This document shows positions 1-10,215 of a stretch of DNA of 41,032 bases, piece by piece (the stretch's first letter is position 1; every line of letters starts with the position of its first letter). The notes under the pieces were generated by a model. That model was not told the DNA's origin. It saw only the letters and a program-made list of their open reading frames with translations, and searched no databases. Made by a program: the position numbers and the translations under genes. The DNA is from Octopus bimaculoides (Eukaryota), in assembly GCF_001194135.2 (NCBI RefSeq), contig NC_068988.1, forward strand, positions 68,710,985-68,752,016. Reading direction: 5' to 3'.

Positions 1-340
1 TCTAGGAATGATAAAAAAAGGTACTGAAACTTATTTGAAAATGATACCAGGCTTACCATCCCTACAGGAAGTGCAAAAAATCGTGCTAAGTGGAACGACT
101 CATGTACTGAGAAGAGCATTATCGCTGTGAAAACAACATCCATTCATGAATTTGAATTTTTTTTTTTTTTAAATACATGTTTTACCTCTGAATTTGCGTG
201 TGTAAACTGGGAATGCCTACAACGAGTTTCTTTGCCCTAGGTGTACGGCGGAAAACACTCGGCGAGAAATGGAAGAAAATTTGAAGAAAGAAGAAAAAAA
301 CAACATAATAATGATAATAATAATGATAATAATAATAATC
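1..340 (+). mobile_element. 3' end of an R4/Dong-clade (RLE-type) non-LTR retrotransposon: ORF C-terminus, 3' UTR and (TAA)n tail
   Basis: 2-130 translates LGMIKKGTETYLKMIPGLPSLQEVQKIVLSGTTHVLRRALSL*, matching the R4/Dong C-terminal pattern (LG...lQK.vl.gT..ilRr.L*). An imperfect (TAA/AAT)n tail follows at ~305-339. Confidence 0.8.
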
Positions 341-574
341 TCGATACGAAACGCTGTAACAAAGATCGGTGCTGGCTATAAGTTCTATAGAATATCTATA
401 TAAGTAACCTTAACAAAATAATGTAAGTACTGCTAACGCAATAAAACGTGGTGCTGATTTATAAAAACAATTAGTTAGTATACTTCATAGTATTTGGGGT
501 TTCCATAACGAAGTACCACGTGGCTACAAATCTTTGTGTTTACATACCAGTTCCAGGAATGCGTCTAATATGGA

Positions 575-594
575 AATTAGTATATCCCATAACT
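575..594 (+). repeat. Left copy of a 20-bp direct repeat (candidate target-site duplication)
   Basis: aattagtatatcccataact (575-594) vs aattggtatatcccatcact (1532-1551): 18/20 identical. Confidence 0.65.
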
Positions 595-654
595 AACATC
601 GTTGTATAGGGTGACTATATAAGCAATGTGTTCGGAGGCAATGGTGGGTTAGAT

Positions 655-703
655 GAGTACTGAAGAAGAGGTAACAACCTACGAAACATGGCATATACTC
701 TCT
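655..703 (+). ncRNA. Type I hammerhead ribozyme fold, stem III partly decayed
   Basis: Stem I is gagta (655-659)/tactc (696-700), extended by aga/tct. Core CTGAAGA 660-666. Stem II is G-C plus agg/cct around loop taacaa. GAAA at 683-686 and U16.1-H17 = TA at 694-695. Stem III c-a-tgg-c-a is restored by two CpA->CpG reversions. TATATAAG lies upstream at 616-623. Confidence 0.6.
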
Positions 704-734
704 TCTACTTTCTGTTTTTTTTTCTCTGTCAATG

Positions 735-1482
735 CCGGAGAGGTGAGGGGAGTTGAGCGCCAATCACTTATAAAATTCCCCAGTGGCCTGCGCAAGACCT
801 ATCCCCAGACAGTGAAGCCCAACGCTTTCGCCAATCCAACAGGAGAAGAGTGGGAAAAGGTATCTGGTGCCTTCAAATAACCAGTTGTCCGGGTAGGTTG
901 TACTCGTTAGCCTTGGATAGCAAGCAGCCTAGAAAGGACACTCTGAGTTCAAACCTAGAGGAACAAGTCCCCTGCCGCCTTGATAGACTACACTGACAGA
1001 GATGGTGTCTCAATAAAAATACCAGTTGGTAGTAACCTAAAAACACACGTTATTTGGGAGTGAAAATGCCAAGTAAAATAGATAACGACAACGGTGTGAA
1101 CGGGACTGGAACCAATGGTGAAGGTACCACACCTAACAGGTGCCGAACTGTGCAGCAGGGTGGGCTGGGTCGTAATCCAGTCACTGCTAGCCATGCTACA
1201 AAACATAAGTGGAGTAAACAAGTAAACATGATGGTTATGGAGGGTTACTACCGAGGCAGTCCACTGAAAGTATAAGCTTCCAGCTACCAGCATGGCTGAA
1301 AAAGATTGCAAATGTGCAAATGTGAAGGCAGAACAACTACAAAAATCTGCATTGCTTGGAACTGCAAGAATTCTTCGCAGGGTTCTTGAAGCATGAGCAG
1401 TAAACAAGTGTCACCTTAGTCTGCTGGCTGTGGATAGCTAACGCTTTCCATCATACCCAGCAAAATAAACTAGAGTTTTTTC

Positions 1483-1521
<39 letters not shown>

Positions 1522-1529
1522 TAATAATA
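735..1529 (+). mobile_element. Internally deleted R4/Dong-clade element: 5' UTR and ORF N-terminus fused to ORF C-terminus, 3' UTR and (TAA)n tail
   Basis: ATG at 1066 leads to ...HATKHKWSKQVNMMVMEGYYRGSPLK, the R4/Dong N-terminal KW...N..vM.cYY.s.P motif. At ~1270 it joins SISFQLPAWLKKIANVKAEQLQKSALLGTARILRRVLEA* (stop 1394-1396; an 8-bp duplication caaatgtg shifts the frame). (TAA)n tail at 1486-1529. The 5' boundary is approximate. Confidence 0.75.
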
Positions 1530-1531
1530 CT

Positions 1532-1551
1532 AATTGGTATATCCCATCACT
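1532..1551 (+). repeat. Right copy of the 20-bp direct repeat (candidate TSD)
   Basis: Lies immediately after the (TAA)n tail; 18/20 match to 575-594. Confidence 0.65.
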
Positions 1552-1567
1552 ATTATTATTATTATTA

Positions 1568-2980
1568 TTCTGCTTGGCATTGACACTTTTACCTGACATG
1601 CTAAACAGAACTGGATGCGGATACAAATGTTACGGCAAAATAATCAGCCACCTCTTATATATGGATGACCTAAAACTATACGCTACAAACGATAAACAGC
1701 TGGAAACATTACTACAGACAGTATATGGATTTACCAAAGAAATAGATAAGAAATTTGGATTAGGAAAATGTGCCAAAGCAACCCTTAAAAGAGGAAAACT
1801 AGTTAAGAGTAGCAACATCACACTAGATAAAGCCAATGAAATAAGAGAACTAGACGAAAACCAGCCATACAAATATTTAGGAGTCAATGAACTAGATAGG
1901 ATACAATACACACAAATGAAAGAAAAAATAAAGAATACTATAGACGAGTTAGATCAATACTAAAAACAGAGCTCAATGCTAAAAACAAGATAATAGGTAT
2001 TAACACTTTAGCCGTCCCAGTTATAAGTTACAGCTACAATATCCTTAACTGGACACTATACGAACTATCTAAAATAGACAGGAAAACAAGAAAAATAACG
2101 ACAGGATCTAGGATGCACCACCCAAAATCTGACATAGAAAGGCTATATATACAACGTGCAGAAGGTGGTAGGGGTCTTATACAGCTTGAAAACTATTATA
2201 AAATAACCACCATAGGACTGCAAAAATATCTCCTTCAGAAGTAAGGAGAACTAATACAAATAGCCACAAAACATGAGCAAAACAAAAATCTGTTTTCAGT
2301 ATTTAAGGAAGCTGACAAATACAAACAAGAAATCATACTACCTAACAAATAGGAAGAAGTAGAAGAATCAACAAAACTTATAGAACAAATGAAATCCAAA
2401 CTAAACCTAGAACAGCAACGGACCATGAAAAAAAGATGGCAAGAAAAGCCCCTTCATGGGAAATACTGGGCTAAATTAAATGCAAAACAAATAGACAGAG
2501 AAAATCCCAGCAATTGATGAGAAGCTCAGGACTCAAAGCAGAGATGGAAGGATTTTTAATTGCAAGCACAAGACCAAAGCCTCCCCACCAGAAATTACCA
2601 AAAATATATAATGAAAATAAACATAACAAGTAACTGCAGAATATGTGGAGATGGACCAGAAACAATAAATCATATTATCTCTGGCTGCCCAGTGTTGGCT
2701 AAGAAGGAATATATTCACAGACACTATGGAATAACAACAGAAAAAGATGGTATGGATACACACCAAAAAAGGTCACAGAAAACGAGAAAGCAACCATACT
2801 CTGGGATATGCCAATACACACAGATAGAGAAATTAAGGCCAATAGGCCAGATATAGTTGTCAGAGATCAGGAAGAAAAACAATACTTTCTAATTCATGTA
2901 TCAATACTAGCAGATGACAACGTTTCCCTAAAAGAAATGGAGAAATTTCAAAATACAAAGACCTGGAAATAGAGGTAACT
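1568..2980 (+). mobile_element. R4/Dong-clade non-LTR retrotransposon fragment (RT C-terminal half, CCHC finger, RLE endonuclease), truncated at both ends and pseudogenised
   Basis: FCLALTLLPDMLNRTGCGY...ISHLLYMDDLKLYA (YMDD ~1660-1671), FGLGKCA, YKYLGV, CRICGDGPETINHIISGCPVLAKKEYIHRH (~2635-2722), RPDIV (~2845) and KYKDLEIEVT (to 2980). Several stops and frameshifts. Confidence 0.9.
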
Positions 2981-3565
2981 GGTGTTTGGGGTGATCACTA
3001 GTGATGGCGATGATATGCTTCCATTCATCTTCCCACACGGCCTCAGACTCAACAGGGTAGCCTACGTTAAGTGCCTGGAGGAGGTAGCGCTACCCTGGCC
3101 CAATAGAGTGGCTAATGGAGGACGCTATGTCTGGCAACAGGACTCTGCGTCATGCCACACACGCAAGAGAACCCAGTCATGGTTATCAGACGATTTCTAC
3201 GACCATATCACCCCTAATATCTGGCTATCTGACTCCTCAGACTGCAACCTCCTTGATTATTATGTGTTGGTGCAGTTGAGTGAGAGACCAACAATACTCC
3301 TTGTAACACCAAAGATGATCTGAAGTCAAGGATTATGGCAGCATTAACCAATTTAAACTAGGAGACCATCCAGGAGATTTGCAGGAGATTCCGAAGTCGT
3401 CTGGAGGCCGTGGTTGAAACTAATGGAGATTTTATTGAATAAATTTACTCGTTTGTATTTCAAGATATGTTTCATGTAATTTTGGCGAATATATCTCTTA
3501 AAATGAGATGTCAGCGTTATTTCCGTTTATGTGTAACTTAGACAACAGTTTATTCACCGCACCTG
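2981..3565 (+). mobile_element. 3' part of a Tc1/mariner-superfamily DNA transposon, DD37D (maT) family
   Basis: VFGVITSDGDDMLPFIF...YVWQQDSASCHT...DCNLLDYYV, with 37 residues between the QQD aspartate and the final D. The C-terminus RFRSRLEAVVETNGDFIE* ends near 3440. Probable right TIR remnant ends ...caccgcacctg at ~3565. Confidence 0.85.
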
Positions 3566-3568
3566 CAG

Positions 3569-3570
<2 letters not shown>

Positions 3571-3636
<66 letters not shown>

Positions 3637-3679
3637 TGTGTGTGTGAGTGTGTGTGTGCGTGTGTGTGTGTGTGTGTGT
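3571..3679. repeat. (TG)n microsatellite
   Basis: Directly visible, with a few interruptions. Confidence 0.98.
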
Positions 3680-4164
3680 CGGCTCTAGTTCACTATGCAA
3701 GTGCTATAACTGGTCATTTGTTAGGTTCCAAAGCAACTGCTTTCGAATTAGCAGGTATACATAATAAGAAAAAGGACAACAAAAACGAAGGTAGGACGTG
3801 TGACTGAAGTCATTTAGAATATCTAATTAAAGGTGAATTTGAAGTAATTAATTAATTAGTTAATTCTTTAATCTATTAATTAATTATTGGATTTCTTACT
3901 GCTGTTTCTTGAATATCACAAGTGGTAGGTTAGCCTATCTATACAATAGGTATTCCGGCATCAGAGCTAATGTGAGTATGTTGGAAACTTCTAGATAGAG
4001 AATTTACAGTGTTTAAAGGAATAAGATAGTAGATAGAAGAATGAAGAATAAAACAGTACATAAGAGAATACAAACAGGAGAATAAAGTTCACAGCTCATT
4101 CTCTTCCAGGGGGTGTGGAGATTTTTCCGTACTTCTAAAAAGGTGAGGTCCTCAAGTATAATAA

Positions 4165-4165
<1 letters not shown>

Positions 4166-4211
<46 letters not shown>
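4166..4211. repeat. (TA)n microsatellite abutting the PLE inverted terminal repeat
   Basis: Directly visible. Confidence 0.98.
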
Positions 4212-4217
<6 letters not shown>

Positions 4218-4600
4218 TTGCAAGACTAAAGAATATATTAGAATCATAATAGCAAAAGTATTCAACAATAATGTACAAAATAAGATTTTTTCTTCTCACG
4301 TACTAACCGGTTTCGCTATTGCTTTCCAAATTTTAGTTTTGGATGCAATTTTGAATTAGACATTTTGTATGCTAGCGGGAATAATTGGTAACCAAGATAT
4401 TTTTCAGTAAAGGGGTGGTAAATCTGTTATTTTTTATATTGGTCTACATTTGATTCTGGCTTATATCTTACAATAGATGAGGTAAATCATTAATTTTCAA
4501 TATGGGTTTATAATTAACTCTGGCTTATATATTTCTATAAATGAGGCCTCTTTATTTAGCCGAACTTGTGTTGAGGTCCATATGGAAAATTGATATAATG
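4211..4600 (-). repeat. Inverted pseudo-LTR (left), reverse complement of 6762-7147
   Basis: Hand alignment: the reverse complement starts cattatatcaatt...ggacctcaacacaag and ends ...aaaacaaat, as does 6762-7147. About 13 differences in the first ~100 aligned nt. Confidence 0.92.
4295..4338 (-). ncRNA. Degenerate minimal hammerhead ribozyme in the left pLTR
   Basis: Minus strand reads ...aaat TTGGAAA GC AATA GC GAAA CCGG TT agtac...: GAAA core, 2-bp stem II and palindromic ACCGGT stem III. The CTGANGA box is mutated. Confidence 0.45.
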
Positions 4601-6761
4601 GTAAGATTAGGAGTTGTGGTTGCACGGGAGAAAGCGAAGGTAATTAACCTGTCACATCAATCTCTATCAACAATCCTATCTAAAGGGCTAAAATTTGCCC
4701 CAACGCCACACGATACTAACCAAAATAAGATCAAAGACAGTGTATCAGAATTCTTCAAGAAATTAAGGCTTTCAGAAGCACTGACCAATTACAATAGCGA
4801 AGATGATTCACTAGTCAAAAACAGAAGTCAACACATCTCCCATAAAGAAAGAAATAAAAATCTCAACGAATTCTGCTACCACATTGAAAACTTCACTCAC
4901 TTCATCTTGCACAAAAAATCATTTCAAACTTAGCACCACCGAATGGAAAGAACTAACTGAACAACAAAACAACGAAGAAATAACAATCACAGAAGCATAT
5001 AAAGGGAGTGCAGTAGTGGTAACGGACACATTTTATTACAAAAATCTAGTAACATCCATAAAAAATAACGACGAACACTACGAAAAAATCAATGATTACA
5101 CCTCACGAAAATAATGAAAATCCTCTTTACACTAATCCAAACCTACGGAAAAGACCTAACAAAAAAGAGAAGTAGACTATTTAACAATTTTTTAAATGTA
5201 AACCTAGCCTATTCTATGGTCTACCGAAAATTCACAAAAGCCAAACTATAAAAGAAACCATCAAAAAATCACCAAAGGCATATATACATACACCAGCACC
5301 AGGAGACCTAAAATTATGGCTCATTCTAACTGGACAATCCTGTAAAATACATAGATAAAATTGCCTCATAAACATTCCTCCTGAAACCATTTCTAAAATA
5401 CATCAAAAGTTATAGTAGAGATGATTTAGATATGTTAAATCACCGACAAGAAAAGGTCAAAGAAGAAACAGTCATGGTTTCATTTGATGTGATAAACATC
5501 TACACTAACATACCTCATAATTATGCAATAGAAGCAATCCGGGTCTGGCTGGAAAAATATCCAGAAGAAATACCAGAATGGATCAACAAAGATTTCATAA
5601 TCGAAACACTAAAATTCATCCTTCAAAACAACCATGCTATGTTTGATACCACTGTTTATCGCCAAGAATTCGGAATTGCCATCGGAACTAGGGCAGCTCT
5701 GACTATTACCACTCTAACAATGGGCTATTTAGAAATAAAAATATATCAGGAGTCATTTTCAAAAGTTAGAAGCCCTCTTTCCCAATACATAAAAGAACAT
5801 TGGAAAGATTTTTGGACGACTGCTTCATCCTCTGGAATGAAAACATGGATAAACTCATGGAGTTCAGAAGACTCCTTAATAGCATTAACACCAACATACA
5901 ATTTACAATGGAACACAACCAAGAGTAACTCTCGTTCCAAGATATACTGGTTAAAAAATGAACAAAAAAACAGAAGCGGACATCTTTTACAAAGCCACAG
6001 ATGCTAAACAATATCTATTATTTAGCTCATGTCACCCGAGATATATCAAAACAAAAATCCCCTTCAACCTTGCAAGAAGGATTTGCACCATAGTGTCCGA
6101 GAAAACACCAGAGAACTAAGATTGCATGAGCTTAAAAACGTACTCCAGGATAGAAACTACCAAATTCAACTCATAAATGATGGGATTATACGTGCAAAAT
6201 CGATTGACATGAAAACATTAAGAAAAGTCGAACTACATACCTACTCTGAAAACACTACCTTATATTTCCACATACAACCCATGAAACAACGAAGTTTTAA
6301 CATCATTGTCAAAAATCTCCCAATAATCCGTATTGACCCCAAACTGAACGAAATTCTACGTACCCATAAAATCAATAAAGGTACTAAACAACCAAAGACA
6401 TTAAAGAAGATCCTCCCAAATGCTAACTTATTCTCAAGAATAACGGACGCAAGAGTAAAACATTGTGGTTGTCCTAACTGCGGAACATATCCCATTCATT
6501 TGGAAGGTTCAGAATTCCATTTCAGACAAGGGCAAAAATTCAAACTTAAATCCAACTTCTCTTGCGCCTCTGAAAAGCTCATTTATGTAAGCAGATGCTT
6601 GGGCTGTCATAAAAATTATATAGAGTCCGCAGGAGTGTCGGTCAGACGGAGATGCATAGTCCGCAGACAACAGGTACCTTTCCCACAATATCACTAAATA
6701 TTTCTCAGTGAACACATTGACAGATGTGCAGAACAACTTCAACCGCAATTCTTAAACTTAA

Positions 6762-7147
6762 CATTATATCAATTTGCTATTCGGACCTCAACACAAGTAC
6801 GATTAAATAAAGAGGCATCATTTATCGAAAAAATATAAGCCAGAATTAATTATAAATCCATATTGAAAATTAAAGATTTACCCCATGTATTTTAAGATAT
6901 AAGCCAGAACTAAATGTAAAAATATCAAAAATAACAGATTTACCACCCCTTTACTAAAAAATACCTTGGTTACCAAATATCCCTTCTAGCAAACAGAATG
7001 TCTAATTCAGAATTGCATCCAAACTCAAAATTTGAAAAGCGATAGCGAAGCCGGTTATTATGATGGCAGAAAAAATCTAATCTTGTGCAATATTGTATAA
7101 TATTTTTGTTATGATTCTAATATATCCTTTACTCTTGTAAAACAAAT
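6762..7147 (+). repeat. Pseudo-LTR (right): end of ORF plus 3' UTR
   Basis: Reverse complement of 4211-4600. Confidence 0.92.
7024..7064 (+). ncRNA. Degenerate minimal hammerhead ribozyme in the right pLTR
   Basis: ctcaaaat TTGAAAA GC GATA GC GAAG CCGG TT attatgat. Stem I pairs 6/8 and the core is an apparent decay of CTGAAGA...GAAA. Minimal hammerheads with a palindromic stem III are established PLE pLTR features. Confidence 0.5.
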
Positions 7148-7244
7148 CTTGTATGGTTTTTCATGTTATTTTTTCCGTATATATTCAACCACGTGTAATC
7201 ATCCACCATACTTTCTACCTTATGTATATGTGTGTGTGTGTGTG

Positions 7245-7455
7245 CAAGGAGCTGAAAAGTTCCTGGCTTTAAGGGTATATCGAAAGGTCTGGTTGGATGC
7301 TCAGACTTCCGAGTTCTTTTACAGGGCTTAGAAAGAATGACCCCCTGCAATAAGTGGATGGATCCGAAAGGGAAATATGCTGCATAAAATCAATTAGCTG
7401 ACCCTCTTGTGTTTTCTTTTTACTCAAAACCAGGAACTTTCTGAACCCTCTCATA
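7245..7455 (+). mobile_element. Mariner-derived MITE (~210 bp, internally deleted)
   Basis: Imperfect TIRs: gagctgaaaagttcctggcttt at left and aaaaccaggaactttctgaaccctctcata at right. The interior resembles a mariner transposase C-terminus (FF..GL..L..RCNK..D.KG.Y). Confidence 0.65.
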
Positions 7456-7803
7456 TTTGTGTATACATACACGCATGCATGTATGCATGCATGCATACAT
7501 TTATACACACACACAAATGTGTGTGCGCGCACTGATTTCGCAATCATGAGTTCACAGCGCTTAATTTATCATGGTTTCTAATCGGCCTAAGCACTGTGGG
7601 TTAAATTGGATCGACAGTGTGTGGAAGTAGTACTACCATACAACTGGACATCTGAACTATTATACTTTGAGTTACATTGATTTTAGTTGAAAAGTACATT
7701 ACTTGTATTTGTAGAATAATCATTTAGGTTATAAGTAAATGAGCAGGAAGCTCAGCTTAATATAACAGCTCTTTAATCACAGTCGAAAGACAAAGAGAAT
7801 CTA

Positions 7804-7840
7804 TCACACACACACACACACACATACACATAAATATATA
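7804..7840. repeat. (CA)n microsatellite
   Basis: Directly visible. Confidence 0.95.
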
Positions 7841-8044
7841 TTTTGTAGCTTCGAGATTTAGAGCCGAGAAGGCTGACAATAGGAAAAGGATGTAAGACAT
7901 GTACGGTAGTATAAAGTTTTTATGTTAATGCCATACTTTTATATAATTTCCTCAATATCAAAGTCTCAGTACGAAATATTTGTACTATGGTAGCGTATTT
8001 GTTTATATAAAATCCCATATTAGGGTATGTTTGTGCATCTGCGA

Positions 8045-8046
<2 letters not shown>

Positions 8047-8077
<31 letters not shown>
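8047..8077. repeat. (TA)n microsatellite
   Basis: Directly visible. Confidence 0.97.
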
Positions 8078-8080
<3 letters not shown>

Positions 8081-8654
8081 AGCAGTATCTGTACGCTTGC
8101 TAAAATCCTTTAGAAAACATGGCATACATTCCTGTTTTCAGTTCCTATACGCAGAATATATGATATATTCATTTATTCACTCAGCAAGATGCGACACTGC
8201 CTCACTGTTCAAATATATTCAGATTTAAAAGCAAAAGTATTAACAAATATAAACCACTGATCCATCATGGAAAACACATCCCCTGTACTAATGGCTGCTG
8301 AATATTCGATTTTTGTCTCCAAGAGAGAAAAGATATTCTATTCTGTATGAGAATTAAAGAAAAGATTTGAATTGGTAAATTCGTGTAGACCGTCATTGAT
8401 ATTAATGGGGTTCCAACAATTAACTGTTGAACTAGTGTATTCCCTCGTAAGGTATTTGCCATGCCCTTGAAGATGGACATGTTGAAAAATAAAGAACATT
8501 CAGTAAGCAAACAAGTCGAAAGTTTTATTAACTACAAGTGTTTTCTTATTTTCTGTATGTTTACTCATACGATACTGAAGACATGAAAATATTACGTGAT
8601 AGTTTCACTTATATAAGGGAAAGAAAAGAATATTCGACACATATCGTTGGGATT

Positions 8655-8735
8655 AAACGTCTATGTTGTCAACTTAGAAGCTATTTCTACTCTCCCCCCT
8701 AAGAGATTATAACACTGGTACTTATTCTATCGAAT
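8655..8735 (-). mobile_element. Degenerate SINE fragment (family of 30030-30248)
   Basis: Contains actggtacttattctatcga, the reverse complement of the family's tcgataaaataagtaccagt block. Confidence 0.4.
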
Positions 8736-10109
8736 CTCAATATCTACATCGGTTTGTATTTAGCTAACATGTTCTCTTATTTATTCGAATTTATTTTACA
8801 AGCATTATGTTGGGAACAGACGGTTAATTTATTTCTATATTTTCACTTGTAACACATTGATTTCTAGCATCAATACATGAGTGCCAGATATATATATAAT
8901 TGGGGAAATATAATTGATTGACATTCATGACGTTCCAACACACATAACTAATCCAATTTCATTGAAATATCTACATTTGGAAATCAATATCATCTTGTGG
9001 ACTTGGGTCACCAGAAATACAATCATTCAGTAGAATCTAAGAATTATATTGAAAACTGAAATATCTCATTTCGCATTTGACATATCAACACAACTTCAAT
9101 TGTTCTCTTAATAGAACAGTATAATCTTTTGTCTCAAAATATTCTCTCATTGGAACGGTTTATAGATAAAATCAATGGCGAATGCATATATAAACTAACA
9201 ATCAATGGTTGGCATTTTAAAGTTTATTGGATTTGTTTTTTAAAAAATAACATAATCCGACTTGTCATTAGTAGATATTGAACTTTTAAATGTTGGATTG
9301 TTACTTAATGCTTTTTACAGAAATCTGCTCTACCTGCTACAATGCAACAAATTTTCAATATATTTTCTGGGCGAAAGGTGAACATTTGTGTATTTATAGC
9401 TGACTGCTTAAACATAAACTACAAAAATATACATACATTTAGATTATATTGCATCAGGGACTCAGAATAATAGTATTGTATGATAAACAACATACTTGAT
9501 TTGTCCACCTAAAGGTTAGAAATTTCACTGAATTCGACTGATTTCAGCTGTGAAAGTAGCACTGTTACCTGCTAAAGTTAACAAATGATTTCTTTATTTT
9601 CATTCTACTGTAAAATGATAATGCTCTTTTATTTATTTATTTTTCACACAATGAAGTATATGAATTGAGTAAATTTCTGGGGAGTGGTTTAAAGGATGCG
9701 AGTTCGAGGAGAATCTGCATCAATGTTAATAAAACCACAGAGATAGTACAATGGTGGGATTTATCATTTGTAATGTTAGTGCTGTTAATGAACTGATAGC
9801 ACAGACCATTAAGCGATCGAGTTACAAGCCTAGTGGCTGCGATTTGGAACTGTTTTCTAAACACTCTAGTGGTAAACTTATTAGACTACTTTTTCATGGA
9901 ACTGGACGATTCTGCGTCGCTCTCGCCGATGTGAATTCAGTTGTTTTGTTAACTGAATTCCTACTTACTGGTTTAATGTGTAAAATGCAGAGCATTTCAC
10001 ATACATTTATACTCTCTTGCTTCTATTTTCTGGCTACATAAACGATATTCATTATGATATTGAAGGTAGTAGTTGAGATGAATACAGTCTCAGTACTGGA
10101 CGGTTAATT

Positions 10110-10215
10110 ATTTTATCAAACTAAACATAATGAGAGAGTCGGGACTTGAACGCTGGATCGAATAGGACAAATCATTCTATACGAGGCTTTAACGATTCTC
10201 CAAGTTTACCGTCTA
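10110..10215 (-). mobile_element. Degenerate tRNA-derived SINE head
   Basis: Minus strand ggtaaacttggagaatcgttaaagc...gttcaagtccc gives A-box-like and B-box-like motifs, similar to 30030-30120. Confidence 0.5.

Larger units (their letters stand above)
4211..7147 (+). mobile_element. Near-full-length Penelope-like retroelement (RT + GIY-YIG), pseudogenised, flanked by inverted pseudo-LTRs
   Basis: Motifs across frames: VINLS...ILSKGLKFAPTP (~4640-4710), FYGLPKIHK (~5212-5238), SFDVINIYTNIP, QEFGIAIGTRAA, GYLE, W(KR)FLDDCF (DD 5815-5820). The GIY-YIG region reads CGCPNCG...LIYVSRCLGCHKNYIE and the C-terminus RLNKEASFIEKYKPELN (~6800-6850). Confidence 0.92.

Noticed and set aside
747-827. HDV-like ribozyme at the expected R4 5' end
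   Set aside because: P1 (ggggagt/attcccc) and a 5-bp P2 (gagcg/cgctt) with a J4/2-like cccaa can be drawn, but P3, L3 and P1.1 cannot pair. Not supportable without a family consensus.
8565-8600. CTGAAGA-cat-GAAA with a palindromic AATATT
   Set aside because: No stem II and no stem I pairing; a chance match is likely in AT-rich DNA.
9637-10041. Overlapping 75-96 aa ORFs as a possible host exon or GPCR relic
   Set aside because: No recognisable domain, no convincing splice sites, and stops in the alternative frames.
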